Positions 1-10,305 are shown, counted from the stretch's first letter. The stretch is 64,000 bases of DNA from Thermoplasmatota archaeon (GCA_029259015.1 JAPDJQ010000030.1:2130-66129); one strand, 5' to 3'. Notes: a model not told the origin generated them from the letters alone. Made by a program: numbers and translations.

Positions 1-17
1 GGAAATTTCATTTCTTT

Positions 18-917
18 TTACATTCTAAAATGCTCATACCCTCTATCTTCTATTTTGTGTTCTTTTCCTTCTTTGATTAGTGTGATTTTATTTTCTTCTA
101 TAACTTTGCCAATTCTTTTTATATCCATTTTTTTCTCCAGTTCTTTTCCTTTTTCTTCTGGTACAGTAAACAAAAGTTCATAGTCACCTCCATAGTATAA
201 CGCGAGCTCCAGCCAGTTTTCATGTTTTTTTGCTATCTCAGCCACTGGTAACATATCTTCATAAATTATGAAGCCCACATTGTTTATTTTCGCCAGTTGG
301 TAAAGTGATGATGCCAATCCATCTGATAAATCCATGCAGCTTGTTACAACTTTTGATTTTGCCAGCATTCTCCCTTCTTCTATTTTTGGCTTAATAAGCA
401 AAAGTTCTTCCAGATTTTTTTCAAGCAATGCGGCCCCTCCTCTGCCAATGCTGCCGGTAACATAAACAGCATCTTCCGGCTTTGCTCCTTTTCTCGGCAT
501 TGCCTCATCTTTTCTAACTTTTCCAAATGCAGTTATTGCTATTGTTACATCATCTGCTTCTTTTGTATCTCCTCCAACCAATTTTCCGCCATATTCCTCC
601 GTACATTTTTCCATGCCTTCCAGCATTTCCTCATAATTTTCCTTTTCCAGATTTTCTGGCATACCAATAGCTGCCACATATGCAATAGGCTTTCCTCCTT
701 TGGCGGCTATATCGCTTATATTGACCGCCATGGCATACCAGCCCATATGATAAAAGGTACTTCCTTCTGGAAAATGGGTTTTCCTGTTCACCATATCAGT
801 TGTGATAAGTAAATATTCCTCTCCTGCATCTAAAAATGCACAGTCATCAAAAGGAATTGAAAATTTTTTGGTGACATAATAAGTCAGCTTCCTCTCTCCA
901 ACTTGACTCAATTTCAT
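18..917 (-). CDS. thiL: Thiamine-monophosphate kinase (AIR-synthase-related PurM-like fold)
   Basis: 299 aa. ThiL-like motifs FDDCAFL, AVNISDIAAKGGKP, GGDT, GAKPEDAVYVTGSIG, MDLSDGL and YGGDYELLFTVPEE. No C-terminal Cys as expected for HypE. Confidence 0.65.
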   Translation of the reverse strand: MKLSQVGERKLTYYVTKKFSIPFDDCAFLDAGEEYLLITTDMVNRKTHFPEGSTFYHMGWYAMAVNISDIAAKGGKPIAYVAAIGMPENLEKENYEEMLEGMEKCTEEYGGKLVGGDTKEADDVTIAITAFGKVRKDEAMPRKGAKPEDAVYVTGSIGRGGAALLEKNLEELLLIKPKIEEGRMLAKSKVVTSCMDLSDGLASSLYQLAKINNVGFIIYEDMLPVAEIAKKHENWLELALYYGGDYELLFTVPEEKGKELEKKMDIKRIGKVIEENKITLIKEGKEHKIEDRGYEHFRM

Positions 918-2081
918 GATTTAAATCCGAAAGGTTTAATATTAATCTTTTCTTCTTTTTCAATGGAATGGCGCTCATATCCCGACGAGAGCAACGTGGA
1001 AGAAATTAAAAGAATAGTGGAAAAATATTTTCGCGTATACGAAACACAGGCTGAAGATCTTATGGCATTTTTTATTGATTTGCCTTCAGATGAAGAGATA
1101 CTGAGACAGAAATTTGATTTCCTGAGAGAGGATTTGAAAAAAAGAAATTTAATTCCCTTCCTTCGTGAAAAAAATGGAGAGTATGTTATAATAGTGGCAT
1201 ACAAGCCACCTGTAAAGGGCAAGCCACCATGGATTAACATAGTTCTTTTTGTGGTTACAATAATAACCACAATGCTTTCTGGAGCACTTTTATTTTTAGG
1301 AGAAAATGAAAGCCTGATGCAAATTTTTGAGATGGAAAAATTGCTAAACGGGTTGATTTTCTTTTCTGCTCCATTACTCGCCATACTCGGCATACATGAA
1401 CTTGGGCACTACTTCACATCAAAAAAGCATGGTGTGGCTGCGTCTCTGCCATTCTTTATTCCAATACCTCCAAATCCTTTCTTGCCACTGGGCACAATGG
1501 GTGCTGTCATATCAATGCGTGAGCCCATTCCAGATAGAAGGACGTTGCTTGATATTGGTGTAGCTGGGCCAATAGCAGGCTTTCTTGTTTCTATTCCAGT
1601 TCTAATTATTGGCCTTAGCATGTCCTCACTGATTGAAATTTCAAAAATACCAGAAGGAGTTCCAATGCTTGGAGATAATCTCTTCATCATGATTCTCTCC
1701 ACCCTCATGTTCAAGGTTCCTGAAGGTTATACCATAAGTCTGCATCCCACCGCATTTGCAGGCTGGGTTGGTCTGCTTGTTACCGCTATAAATTTGCTGC
1801 CTGCGGGCCAGCTTGACGGTGGGCATGTAGCGAGAGCTGTACTTAGAGAGAAACATCGCTATGCAAGCTTTGCAACAATCATTTTTCTGGCAGCATTAAC
1901 TTTTTTGGGCATAGGAAACTGGCTTTTCTTACTTCTGCTGCTAGTATTTCTGATAGGAACAGAACATCCGCCAGCTTTGAATGAATATATCTCCTTGGAT
2001 ACAAAGAGAAAATTGCTGGCTCTGGTGGCATTACTCATATTCATTTTAAGTTTTACTCCAATGCCAATTTCTGCAAGATGA
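903..2081 (+). CDS. Site-2 protease family (M50) intramembrane zinc metalloprotease
   Basis: Polytopic membrane protein with HELGH in a TM helix and a downstream LDGGH motif, typical of S2P/M50. True start may be an internal Met; it overlaps thiL by 15 nt. Confidence 0.7.
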   Translation: MTQFHDLNPKGLILIFSSFSMEWRSYPDESNVEEIKRIVEKYFRVYETQAEDLMAFFIDLPSDEEILRQKFDFLREDLKKRNLIPFLREKNGEYVIIVAYKPPVKGKPPWINIVLFVVTIITTMLSGALLFLGENESLMQIFEMEKLLNGLIFFSAPLLAILGIHELGHYFTSKKHGVAASLPFFIPIPPNPFLPLGTMGAVISMREPIPDRRTLLDIGVAGPIAGFLVSIPVLIIGLSMSSLIEISKIPEGVPMLGDNLFIMILSTLMFKVPEGYTISLHPTAFAGWVGLLVTAINLLPAGQLDGGHVARAVLREKHRYASFATIIFLAALTFLGIGNWLFLLLLLVFLIGTEHPPALNEYISLDTKRKLLALVALLIFILSFTPMPISAR

Positions 2082-2207
2082 GAGCTATCTATATGATATG
2101 ATTTGTCACTGACTATTTGCAAAAGTGGAAAAGCCAATACTTAATCCTTCTATTTTGCATAACCCTAAAATGACAAAAAATAAATATGGAGAGAAATTTA
2201 ACATCGA

Positions 2208-3611
2208 ATGAAAAGGATTATTGCAGTTATTGTCATTATCTTACTTTTAATGCCATTGAATCAGACAAGAGAGGAAGGAATAAATGCAAAAAATGTTCCC
2301 ACAAAAGAAGATGTTTTTGGTTTCATATTTGCACTCCAGAAGAAAGTATTCAATTTTAGGTTCTCTCAAAAAGCAGATTTGCTTGAAGAAATTGTAGCCA
2401 AAACAGGTAAAATAGATTATTTTGACTACAACTATGTAATAATAAAAGATGCTATCGAAGAATTTTACAAGGCAGAAGGTATTTCATACAATAACAGCAG
2501 CATCGATTTATTTGTAGAAAAACTTAATTCAACATTCACATCTGATGAGTTGTATGCTATTTCTTTACTCCTTTTCTCATACGCTGATGTTCTCAATGCA
2601 GTCACACGCAAACAACAAATTGAGGAAATTTTAGAAACGTGGCAAAATGTGAGGAAAGCAACATATTATCTGATAAATTGTAGCATCAATGAAAGTCTAT
2701 CTGATGAATATAATCTCATTATAATGGGGTGCAAAAGGAATGAGAAGTATGCAAGTAATTACAAATTCGTTATCGATTTCGGAGGAAATGATTCCTACGA
2801 AACAGGAAACAATTCCTTTTTGCTTGATATGAAAGGAGGTGATGAATATAAAGGGCTTTCAGGTAACAACAGCATAAATCTTGTTTTTGACTTAGCAGGC
2901 AATGATATATACAGGAGAATTCCATATGCTGTCCAAGGTATAGATTTTCTTGTTGACGCAGAAGGCAATGATGAATATTTTGGGAGCGTAGCTTACTCTT
3001 ATGAAAATGGTATGGCAGTTTTGGTGGATGCTGAAGGTAATGATATTTACGATGGCAAGAATTACAGCCAGGGTTACAGCAACAATGGTTTTTCTTTATT
3101 GATTGATATGAGAGGCGATGATATTTATAAAGCAAGCAACTATTGCCAAGCAAGCAGCGAAAATGGCGGAGTATCCTGCCTACTCGACCTTTATGGAAAT
3201 GATGCTTTCTTCGCAGCAGATCATGCACAATCATATGCAACTGGTCTTCCTCGCACTTCCTTGTCCATATTCATGAACCTTGCAGGAGACGATTATTATG
3301 AGGCAAAAGATTTCTCCCAGGGATATGGTGAAAAGGGAGGGATGGCTTTCTTCTTTGATTTTCTTGGAGAAGATAATTACTATGCATCTCAATTTTCTCA
3401 GGCATCTTCATCTTGGTTGGGCTTAGCTGTATTGCTTGATGGAGATGGGAAAAATAAATTTTCTGGAGGATTTTTCAGCCAAGGAAATCAGAGGTGGGGA
3501 GGATACTCATTCTTTTTAAACGATTTTAATGCTGATGACATTTATGAAATTTTGACGCTACCAGAAAAGCTTGATATTGATTTATCGAAGCTCCTCAGCA
3601 ATTTCCTTTAA
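2208..3611 (+). CDS. Secreted repeat protein, about 11 tandem ~22-27 aa units (consensus hhDxxGNDxYxxxxxSQGxxxxGhxh)
   Basis: N-terminal signal peptide MKRIIAVIVIILLLMPL. Alpha-helical N-domain followed by regular Gly/Asn/Asp-rich repeats. No recognised catalytic motif. Confidence 0.6.
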   Translation: MKRIIAVIVIILLLMPLNQTREEGINAKNVPTKEDVFGFIFALQKKVFNFRFSQKADLLEEIVAKTGKIDYFDYNYVIIKDAIEEFYKAEGISYNNSSIDLFVEKLNSTFTSDELYAISLLLFSYADVLNAVTRKQQIEEILETWQNVRKATYYLINCSINESLSDEYNLIIMGCKRNEKYASNYKFVIDFGGNDSYETGNNSFLLDMKGGDEYKGLSGNNSINLVFDLAGNDIYRRIPYAVQGIDFLVDAEGNDEYFGSVAYSYENGMAVLVDAEGNDIYDGKNYSQGYSNNGFSLLIDMRGDDIYKASNYCQASSENGGVSCLLDLYGNDAFFAADHAQSYATGLPRTSLSIFMNLAGDDYYEAKDFSQGYGEKGGMAFFFDFLGEDNYYASQFSQASSSWLGLAVLLDGDGKNKFSGGFFSQGNQRWGGYSFFLNDFNADDIYEILTLPEKLDIDLSKLLSNFL

Positions 3612-4916
3612 AGTTTTTTCAACCAGCTCTGGAGCCTTTCCCATGTAATTTTCTGGGTTGAATAATTTATCAATGCCGCCAAGTAACTCAACAATTTCTT
3701 TCTTTTCCTTCAAAATTTCTTTTAAATGCACTCCCTTTTCTTTTGCTTCCATTGCACACTGCCTCATTAATTCATGTGCTTCCTGCCTGCTCATTCCTTT
3801 CTCAACCAGCTTTATCATTATGGCTTCGGTGAAAATCAAACCCTTGCTTATTTCAATGTTTTCTGCCATTTTTTCTGGATATACCCTTAAGCTGGAAAAG
3901 ACTTGTTTCATTTTATACAGAATCCAGTCTGTTAAGATTAAAGCATGCGGAATTATGAAGCGTTCCGCTGAAGAATTGCATAAGTCGCGCTCATGCCATT
4001 GAATTGCATTTTCCCATGCAGGCAATAAATTGCTTCTTATTACTCTTGCCAGCCCACAAATCTGCTCGCATGTTATTGGATTTCTTTTATGAGGCATGGT
4101 CGAAGAGCCAACTTGCTTTTTCTCAAAATATTCCTCCACCTCTGCAATTTCATTTCTCTGCAGATTTCTTATCTCAGTTGCAAATTTTTCTAAAGATGTT
4201 GCAACATTTGCAAGGAATGATAGCATAGCAATATAACGATCCCTTCCAACAATTTGCGTTGCAGGCAATTCTGCCTTTAAGCCCAACTCTTTCATAACAA
4301 AATCCTGCACTTCGAAAAATTTCTCGCCAAAGGCTGCTCCTGTGCCAACTGCTCCCGACATTTTACCCACTGCTACCTCTTCCTTTATCTGCTGGAGTCG
4401 CTTGTAATGACGAAGCATTTCTTTGGCATAAACAGCCATTTTCAAGCCAAAGGTTATTGGCAAGGCATGCTGTCCATGGGTGCGGCCAATCATAATAGTA
4501 GCCTTATGCTCTTCAGCAAGCCTGGCTATAGCTTTGATTAACTCTGCCATCTCCTTTTCAATTATATTTAATGCATCTATAATTTGTAAAGCATTGGCTG
4601 TATCAACAATATCATATGATGTTGCTCCAAGGTGCACATATTTACCATGCTGGCATTGCTCAGCCAAAGCTTTAACCATTGCCATTACATCATGCCTTAT
4701 CTCGGCTTCAATTTCTTTAACTCTTTCAAGCTTTACATATTCCAAGTTCGCTTTCGCTGCTATCTCCTCGGCAGCTTCTTTAGGAATATTGCCAACATGG
4801 GCATGCGCTTTAGCTAAAATAGCCTCTACCTTAAGCCAGTAAGAAAGGCGAGATTCCTCACTAAAAATTTTTTTTATCTCCTTCCTTCCATATCGAAAAT
4901 CCAAAGGACAAATCAT
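3582..4916 (-). CDS. purB: Adenylosuccinate lyase
   Basis: Fumarate-lyase fold signature region (GSSTMPHKRNP). Length and N-terminus (DFRYGRKE) are typical of PurB. Start taken at the internal Met (MICPLDFRYG); the ORF extends to 4985. Confidence 0.85.
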   Translation of the reverse strand: MICPLDFRYGRKEIKKIFSEESRLSYWLKVEAILAKAHAHVGNIPKEAAEEIAAKANLEYVKLERVKEIEAEIRHDVMAMVKALAEQCQHGKYVHLGATSYDIVDTANALQIIDALNIIEKEMAELIKAIARLAEEHKATIMIGRTHGQHALPITFGLKMAVYAKEMLRHYKRLQQIKEEVAVGKMSGAVGTGAAFGEKFFEVQDFVMKELGLKAELPATQIVGRDRYIAMLSFLANVATSLEKFATEIRNLQRNEIAEVEEYFEKKQVGSSTMPHKRNPITCEQICGLARVIRSNLLPAWENAIQWHERDLCNSSAERFIIPHALILTDWILYKMKQVFSSLRVYPEKMAENIEISKGLIFTEAIMIKLVEKGMSRQEAHELMRQCAMEAKEKGVHLKEILKEKKEIVELLGGIDKLFNPENYMGKAPELVEKTLKEIAEELR

Positions 4917-5346
4917 ATGATTAAATGAATATGGATATAAATTATTTCTGAATGGTAAAGGGTGGTAATGATATACATCGAGCATCCTTCATTGTTCTCG
5001 AACGATGCTGGAATTGTCTCTAGATTTTTCTTTAAAATTCAGGCAACTTTACATCGAGACTGATAAAGAAAAGAGAAGCTTATAATCGAGATAGCTTGTT
5101 ATCGGTTGATATTCTCCTCTTCCTTCCACACCCCCATTGTTTCCCCACCAAATGAATATGAAATACCATGTTCCTGCCCACAAAATATGATTGTATGGAT
5201 TTGTGTAATAATACCCATCTGCCCATCCGGACCAGTTCACTCTGTACCAGTTGATCAACGAGCGAAATAATTTTCGCACTCTACAAAAGTAGTGTTACGA
5301 ATCAAAAAAAATTAATACCACTTTTGAATACATTCTAGGTGTTTAA

Positions 5347-6258
5347 ATGGATGGTAAAAAAGCCGTGATTTGGCTTGTTATCGCGGTTCTCGTCTTAACT
5401 GCTTTTGGAAGTGGATACTTAATAGCTTATAAAGAGACAAAAACTCAAGCAGAAATAACGCTTATTGACGGCGTTGGCAGGGTAGTTGAAATTTATGAAA
5501 CTCCTAAAAGAGTGGTAAGCATGGCTTCCTCAGCCACTGAAATCTTATATGCGATAGGATGTGGTGAAAATATTGTGGGCGTAGATAAATATAGTGATTA
5601 TCCATCGGATGTTAAAAATAAAACAGTTGTTGGCTCAAGCTATAGCCCAAATCTGGAAGCAATAGTTGGGCTAGAACCAGATTTACTAATAGCCTGGTGG
5701 TATGCAAGAGATAATTTATTGCCTATAGAAGACAAAGTAACTGTAATGTACATAAATCCTCAATCAGTAGAAGATGTTTTACAGTTGATAAGGCAAATAG
5801 GGCTTATAATGAATAAGGTAGAGGAAGCTGAGGAACTTGTAGAAGAAATGCAGAGTAGAATAGAAAACATAACAAAAATAACAGAAGATTTGAATAAATC
5901 ACAGAGGCCATTAGTTTATTATGAGTTATCTAAAAAAGGAAGGACAGTTGGACAAGGGACTTTTACCAATGAACTCATTTATATGGCTGGAGGTATTAAC
6001 ATCGCAGCAGATGAACCTTTTAGATATCCAGATTTAACAGATGAATATATAATCGCAAGAAATCCTGATGTAATAGTTGTGGTAAGCTATGGAGCAAGTG
6101 TTGAAGAAATTAAATCAAGGAATGGATGGCAAAACATAAATGCCATAAAAAACGATAGAGTATATTCAATAGATAGACATTTAGTTACATCTTCACCTCG
6201 CCTTGTCGATGGCTTGGAACTACTGGCAAAATGGTTCCATCCGGAGCTATTTGATTAA
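5347..6258 (+). CDS. ABC transporter substrate-binding protein, iron-siderophore/cobalamin (TroA/FecB/BtuF-like) family
   Basis: N-terminal TM/signal anchor and class III periplasmic-binding-protein architecture. Followed by FecCD-type permease and ATPase genes. Confidence 0.75.
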   Translation: MDGKKAVIWLVIAVLVLTAFGSGYLIAYKETKTQAEITLIDGVGRVVEIYETPKRVVSMASSATEILYAIGCGENIVGVDKYSDYPSDVKNKTVVGSSYSPNLEAIVGLEPDLLIAWWYARDNLLPIEDKVTVMYINPQSVEDVLQLIRQIGLIMNKVEEAEELVEEMQSRIENITKITEDLNKSQRPLVYYELSKKGRTVGQGTFTNELIYMAGGINIAADEPFRYPDLTDEYIIARNPDVIVVVSYGASVEEIKSRNGWQNINAIKNDRVYSIDRHLVTSSPRLVDGLELLAKWFHPELFD

Positions 6259-6259
6259 C

Positions 6260-6949
6260 ATGTTCCATAAAGTTACCTATAATCCAAAGTTTGAGAGAAT
6301 TTGCATATACAATAGTATATGCAACCATAAATGCAAGATTTGTTCCTATAAACTCATGGAAAGAAAATACAAAAGTATAGATGTTGAAAAAATAAAAAGA
6401 GTAATTGAAGAGATGAGAGAGAAATCCTCGGTAAAAAGGGTTCATTTTCTTGGTGGAGAACCAACTATAAATCCTTTCTTAGAAGATTTGCTTAAATTTT
6501 GCAGAGAGTTAAATCTATACACTTGCCTAGGCCACACAAATGGCTCAAAAGTTGTGGATGTGAATGAGGCAAATATAAGTATAAAGGCATATACGGAGGA
6601 GAAGCATATTGAGTGCACAGGTGTGTCGAATAAAACCATATTAGAGAACTTTATAAGAGCTTATGACAAAGGTATAAAGCTGAAAGCCAACACTGTTTTC
6701 ATTCCAGATTTTATTGATTATGAAGAAATAGAGAAAATAGCAAAATTCATAGCAAGCATAGATAATGAAATTCCTTACCATATTATTGGCTATATTCCTG
6801 TGCCTTCTGCACCGTGGAGGAGGCCACACTTTGAGGAGGTGGTGAAAGCAGCAAAGGTTGCAAAAAATTATCTGAAATATGTTACTTTTTCATGCCCTGA
6901 TGAAAACTTTACAAGAGATGAGAAATATGCAAGTTTTGTGATTATTTAA
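6260..6949 (+). CDS. Small radical SAM protein (CxxxCxxC, GGEPT)
   Basis: Motifs ICNHKCKIC (Cx3Cx2C) and HFLGGEPT. About 230 aa. Embedded between the SBP and permease genes of the ABC transporter. Confidence 0.6.
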   Translation: MFHKVTYNPKFERICIYNSICNHKCKICSYKLMERKYKSIDVEKIKRVIEEMREKSSVKRVHFLGGEPTINPFLEDLLKFCRELNLYTCLGHTNGSKVVDVNEANISIKAYTEEKHIECTGVSNKTILENFIRAYDKGIKLKANTVFIPDFIDYEEIEKIAKFIASIDNEIPYHIIGYIPVPSAPWRRPHFEEVVKAAKVAKNYLKYVTFSCPDENFTRDEKYASFVII

Positions 6950-6950
6950 A

Positions 6951-8006
6951 ATGTTTGACCATCGCAAAAGATTAATTAAATGGATTACAATCATTTTTTC
7001 CCTTCTTGTCCTGCTTATATTTTCTATTTTCATGTCTTTGATGATAGGTGTAATGGGACCAATTGGGAAAGGTGTGCCCGACAAAGAAAAAATAGGCATG
7101 GAGGAAATTTTCCAGATTCTGATTGGTAAAGGAAGCTATCCATCAACTCACAAATCAATAATATTAGACATAAGATTACCCCGCATATTACTTGCAGGAA
7201 TAATTGGGGCAGCATTGGCAACAGCAGGATGTGCCATGCAAGGCATATTTAGAAATCCCATGGCAAGTCCCTATATACTGGGAATCTCCTCTGGAGCAGC
7301 ATTTGGGGCAGCGTTAGCAATAGTCATTGGCTTAAATATATTTGGGCTAAATAGTGTGCAAATTCTTGCCTTCTCCTTTGCCCTGCTGGACATATTCATT
7401 GTTTATAACATTGCAAAGTACAAAGGAGCTGTACCTACAGAAAATTTATTATTAGCTGGAATAGCAGTCGGCTATTTCTTTTCAGCTTTAGTTTCTTTTA
7501 TAAAATACATAGCTGGAGAAGAACTTAGAACCATTGTTTTTTGGCTAATGGGTGGATTATGGAATGCAAGCTGGGAGAAAGTTTATATGACTTTTCCTTT
7601 AGCTGTATTAGGCATTTTCATTCTTTTTCTTTTTTCTAGGGAACTTAACATAATGCTTACTGGAGAAATTTCTGCAATGAGTGTTGGTATAAATGTAGAG
7701 CAAACTAAAAAGATAATTCTCATTTTTTCAACGCTTATTACAGCTATATCGGTATCTGTTGCAGGAATAATTGGTTTCGTTGGACTAATAATACCTCATA
7801 TCATGCGTTTATTAGTGGGCTCTGATCACCGCATCCTAATTCCTTCATCCTGTTTAATGGGTGCTACTTTCCTCATTTTAACTGATGCTCTAGCAAGGAG
7901 TATAATTCAACCTTCTGAAATACCTGTGGGAATAATTACTTCTTTATTTGGCGTTCCTTTCTTTATTTATTTATTGAGGAGGAAAAAAACGGTGAGATGG
8001 TGGTGA
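6951..8006 (+). CDS. ABC transporter permease, FecCD/BtuC family
   Basis: 351 aa, about 9-10 TM segments with the conserved FecCD core. Translationally coupled to the downstream ATPase. Confidence 0.85.
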   Translation: MFDHRKRLIKWITIIFSLLVLLIFSIFMSLMIGVMGPIGKGVPDKEKIGMEEIFQILIGKGSYPSTHKSIILDIRLPRILLAGIIGAALATAGCAMQGIFRNPMASPYILGISSGAAFGAALAIVIGLNIFGLNSVQILAFSFALLDIFIVYNIAKYKGAVPTENLLLAGIAVGYFFSALVSFIKYIAGEELRTIVFWLMGGLWNASWEKVYMTFPLAVLGIFILFLFSRELNIMLTGEISAMSVGINVEQTKKIILIFSTLITAISVSVAGIIGFVGLIIPHIMRLLVGSDHRILIPSSCLMGATFLILTDALARSIIQPSEIPVGIITSLFGVPFFIYLLRRKKTVRWW

Positions 8007-8767
8007 AGATTAAAGTTAAGAACGTTAGCTTTAGCTATGGAAGCATAAAAGCTTTGGAAAATGTTTCTTTTGAAATAGAAAATGAATTTGTTGGTATAAT
8101 TGGACCAAATGGCTCTGGAAAAACCACTTTGCTAAATTGTATGGCTGGTTTTTTAAAAAGCGATGGATGTATTTTGATAAATGGAAAAGACATAAACAAG
8201 TTGGATAGAAAGAAGGTTGCAAGAGAGATTGGTATTGTCCCTCAAATACCAAATATTTCCTTTCCCCTTACTGTTTTTGATATTGTTCTTATGGGCAGAA
8301 ACCCACACAAAAAAATGCTGGAGTTCATGAACGAGAAGGACATAAAAATTGCCAACGATGCAATGGAAGCTGTTGGAATAGAGCATCTAGCCGATCGAAC
8401 CATAACGGAATTAAGCGGGGGAGAATTGCAAAAAGTCATTATTGCAAGGGCTTTAGCGCAACAACCAAATATTCTTTTATTAGATGAACCAACAGCTCAT
8501 CTTGACATACATCACCAAATAGAAATCCTCTCCTTGATAAAAAGTTTGATTGGAAAAGGAATAACTGCAATAGCTGTTCTTCATGACTTAAATCTGGCAT
8601 CATGCTTTTGCGACAAAATAATATTGCTCAATAAAGGCAAAATCTTCGCTATTGGGAATGTTAAGGAAGTTATTACTCCCGATAACATATACACTGTCTA
8701 TGGAATAAGAGTAGATATCCTGCAGCATCCAAAATCAAAAAAACCCGTCATAATCTTTCCCGAATAA
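7997..8767 (+). CDS. ABC transporter ATP-binding protein (FepC/BtuD-like)
   Basis: Walker A GPNGSGKTT, signature LSGGELQ, Walker B LLLDEPTAHLD, H-loop. Confidence 0.9.
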   Translation: MVVKIKVKNVSFSYGSIKALENVSFEIENEFVGIIGPNGSGKTTLLNCMAGFLKSDGCILINGKDINKLDRKKVAREIGIVPQIPNISFPLTVFDIVLMGRNPHKKMLEFMNEKDIKIANDAMEAVGIEHLADRTITELSGGELQKVIIARALAQQPNILLLDEPTAHLDIHHQIEILSLIKSLIGKGITAIAVLHDLNLASCFCDKIILLNKGKIFAIGNVKEVITPDNIYTVYGIRVDILQHPKSKKPVIIFPE

Positions 8768-8965
8768 TGAACTATTATCATTGCTAGATTTTCTTCAAAA
8801 TATTCAAAGCATTTCATTTGTTTTTCTCTATTTCTTTCCCTTCTGTATCGCTTAGTTCAACCAAATAAAAATTGTCTTTGCTTCTTTTATTCCGGCAATC
8901 ATGAATACCCCTTTATTGTCCATGTTCATCGTCTCGCGCATTTATTGCCTCTTATTAAAAGCCCC

Positions 8966-9868
8966 TCAATCCCCATTCTTCATTTCATCTTTCCTCCTTG
9001 CTTCATTTGCTAGCATGTGTGCCTGCCTTATTGGCTCTGGAATGCTGTATCTCATGAATTTTTTTGCTATTTCATGTGCTGAATCAACGCTTATTTTGTT
9101 GCCTGGCGAGACAAAAATTTTTCCAATTCTTCTGGCAACCTTTCTCTTGCCTATAAAAATATGGCCATTTTTCTCCATGCCACACAGTAGCTTTTTTGCT
9201 ATTCCTATCGTAGCTACATCATGCAACACACCAAAATGACATGCTATGCCAAAAAGGCGAGGATGTAGCAAGCCGTTGCCATCGATCATAACAATGCCTG
9301 GCTTTTCGCCCTTTATTAACTCATTTAGCACTGGCAACTCACGATATGCTAAATAAGTTGGAATGTAAGGGAATAGAATTTCCATTTTCACCACCTTCTT
9401 TTTGATTAAATTGCCTTCCTCATCAAATTCCACATAAGCTCCGTAGGCAAAACGTTTTGTATAAGAAACGTCCATTCCAGCTATGCTACCCATTTCAAAA
9501 TCATCTTCTGCAACAACTTTCTCCCTCAATTCTTCCTGCTCCTGCCTCAATTTTTTTAATGGATAGTCAGTTTCAAAATCATCAAAAAGATATTTTGTCA
9601 AATCTATTCTGCCATTTACAATTTCTATACCATCATTTTTCAGCAACTTTATTTTCTTTTCTATGCCAGTAGCATATCCACCCAAACTTCCATCACTCTT
9701 TATCACCCTATAGCATGGAACTTCCTTATATGGATTCTGATTCAGCATAACACCAACAGCTCTCGCTGCAATTATATCGCCCAAAGCTCTTGCAATGGCT
9801 CCATAAGTGGAAACTTTGCCCCTCGGTATCTGCTTCACAAGTTCATATGTTTTCTCGTAAAGATTCAT
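8966..9868 (-). CDS. nfi: Bifunctional DNA repair protein: N-terminal O6-alkylguanine-DNA alkyltransferase-like domain fused to endonuclease V
   Basis: N-terminus has an MGMT-like DNA-binding helix and a VPCYRVI active-site-like motif (Cys present, His replaced by Tyr). C-terminus has EndoV motifs GMDVSY and VMIDGNGLLHPRLFGIACHFGV. Confidence 0.75.
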   Translation of the reverse strand: MNLYEKTYELVKQIPRGKVSTYGAIARALGDIIAARAVGVMLNQNPYKEVPCYRVIKSDGSLGGYATGIEKKIKLLKNDGIEIVNGRIDLTKYLFDDFETDYPLKKLRQEQEELREKVVAEDDFEMGSIAGMDVSYTKRFAYGAYVEFDEEGNLIKKKVVKMEILFPYIPTYLAYRELPVLNELIKGEKPGIVMIDGNGLLHPRLFGIACHFGVLHDVATIGIAKKLLCGMEKNGHIFIGKRKVARRIGKIFVSPGNKISVDSAHEIAKKFMRYSIPEPIRQAHMLANEARRKDEMKNGD

Positions 9869-9992
9869 GAAAATAAAAGGCTAAGGAAATTAAAGTTTAG
9901 TGCATGAAAATGCGATTTGCTTGTCTACTGGCTTTTCTCGCCTTCATCGTAAGCAATATAAAAATAGTATAGTTTTTGGATAGGAGCAGTAA

Positions 9993-10241
9993 ATGAATAT
10001 ATACAGCCGTAAATTTATTCTAATGGTAGCTACTGCAGTGCTTGCTTATATTATCGCAATATATTACATAATTTCAGTGGAAATGGTTGTGGCATGGAGA
10101 ATATTCGAAATTGCCTTTATCGTTGCCCTCTTCATCATCCTTTTTATCAGAAAAGATGAGAAGGGAATAAAGTGGTGGTTACTCCAAACAGCAATTATTC
10201 TTTTACTTGTGGCAATATATCTTCTGTTCCGCATAATTTGA
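9993..10241 (+). CDS. Small membrane protein, paralog 1 of 3
   Basis: 82 aa, 2-3 TM. N-terminus MNIYSRKFI is shared with the next two ORFs. Confidence 0.5.
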   Translation: MNIYSRKFILMVATAVLAYIIAIYYIISVEMVVAWRIFEIAFIVALFIILFIRKDEKGIKWWLLQTAIILLLVAIYLLFRII

Positions 10242-10305
10242 AACTTCTCCATTGTTACAACAAAAAGGTAAAAATAAAAAAGGCGGAAGAAAATAAGGTA
10301 TTACA

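Noticed and set aside
2770-3240. 156-aa His/Cys-rich ORF on the minus strand
   Set aside because: It lies entirely antisense to the repeat region of the 2208-3611 secreted protein. The low-complexity composition is a mirror of the GND/Y repeats and it is not an independent gene.
5049-5279. 76-aa Trp/Gly/Tyr-rich ORF in the purB-SBP intergenic region
   Set aside because: Very low complexity, no start context, no homolog-like features. Probably non-coding promoter spacer.
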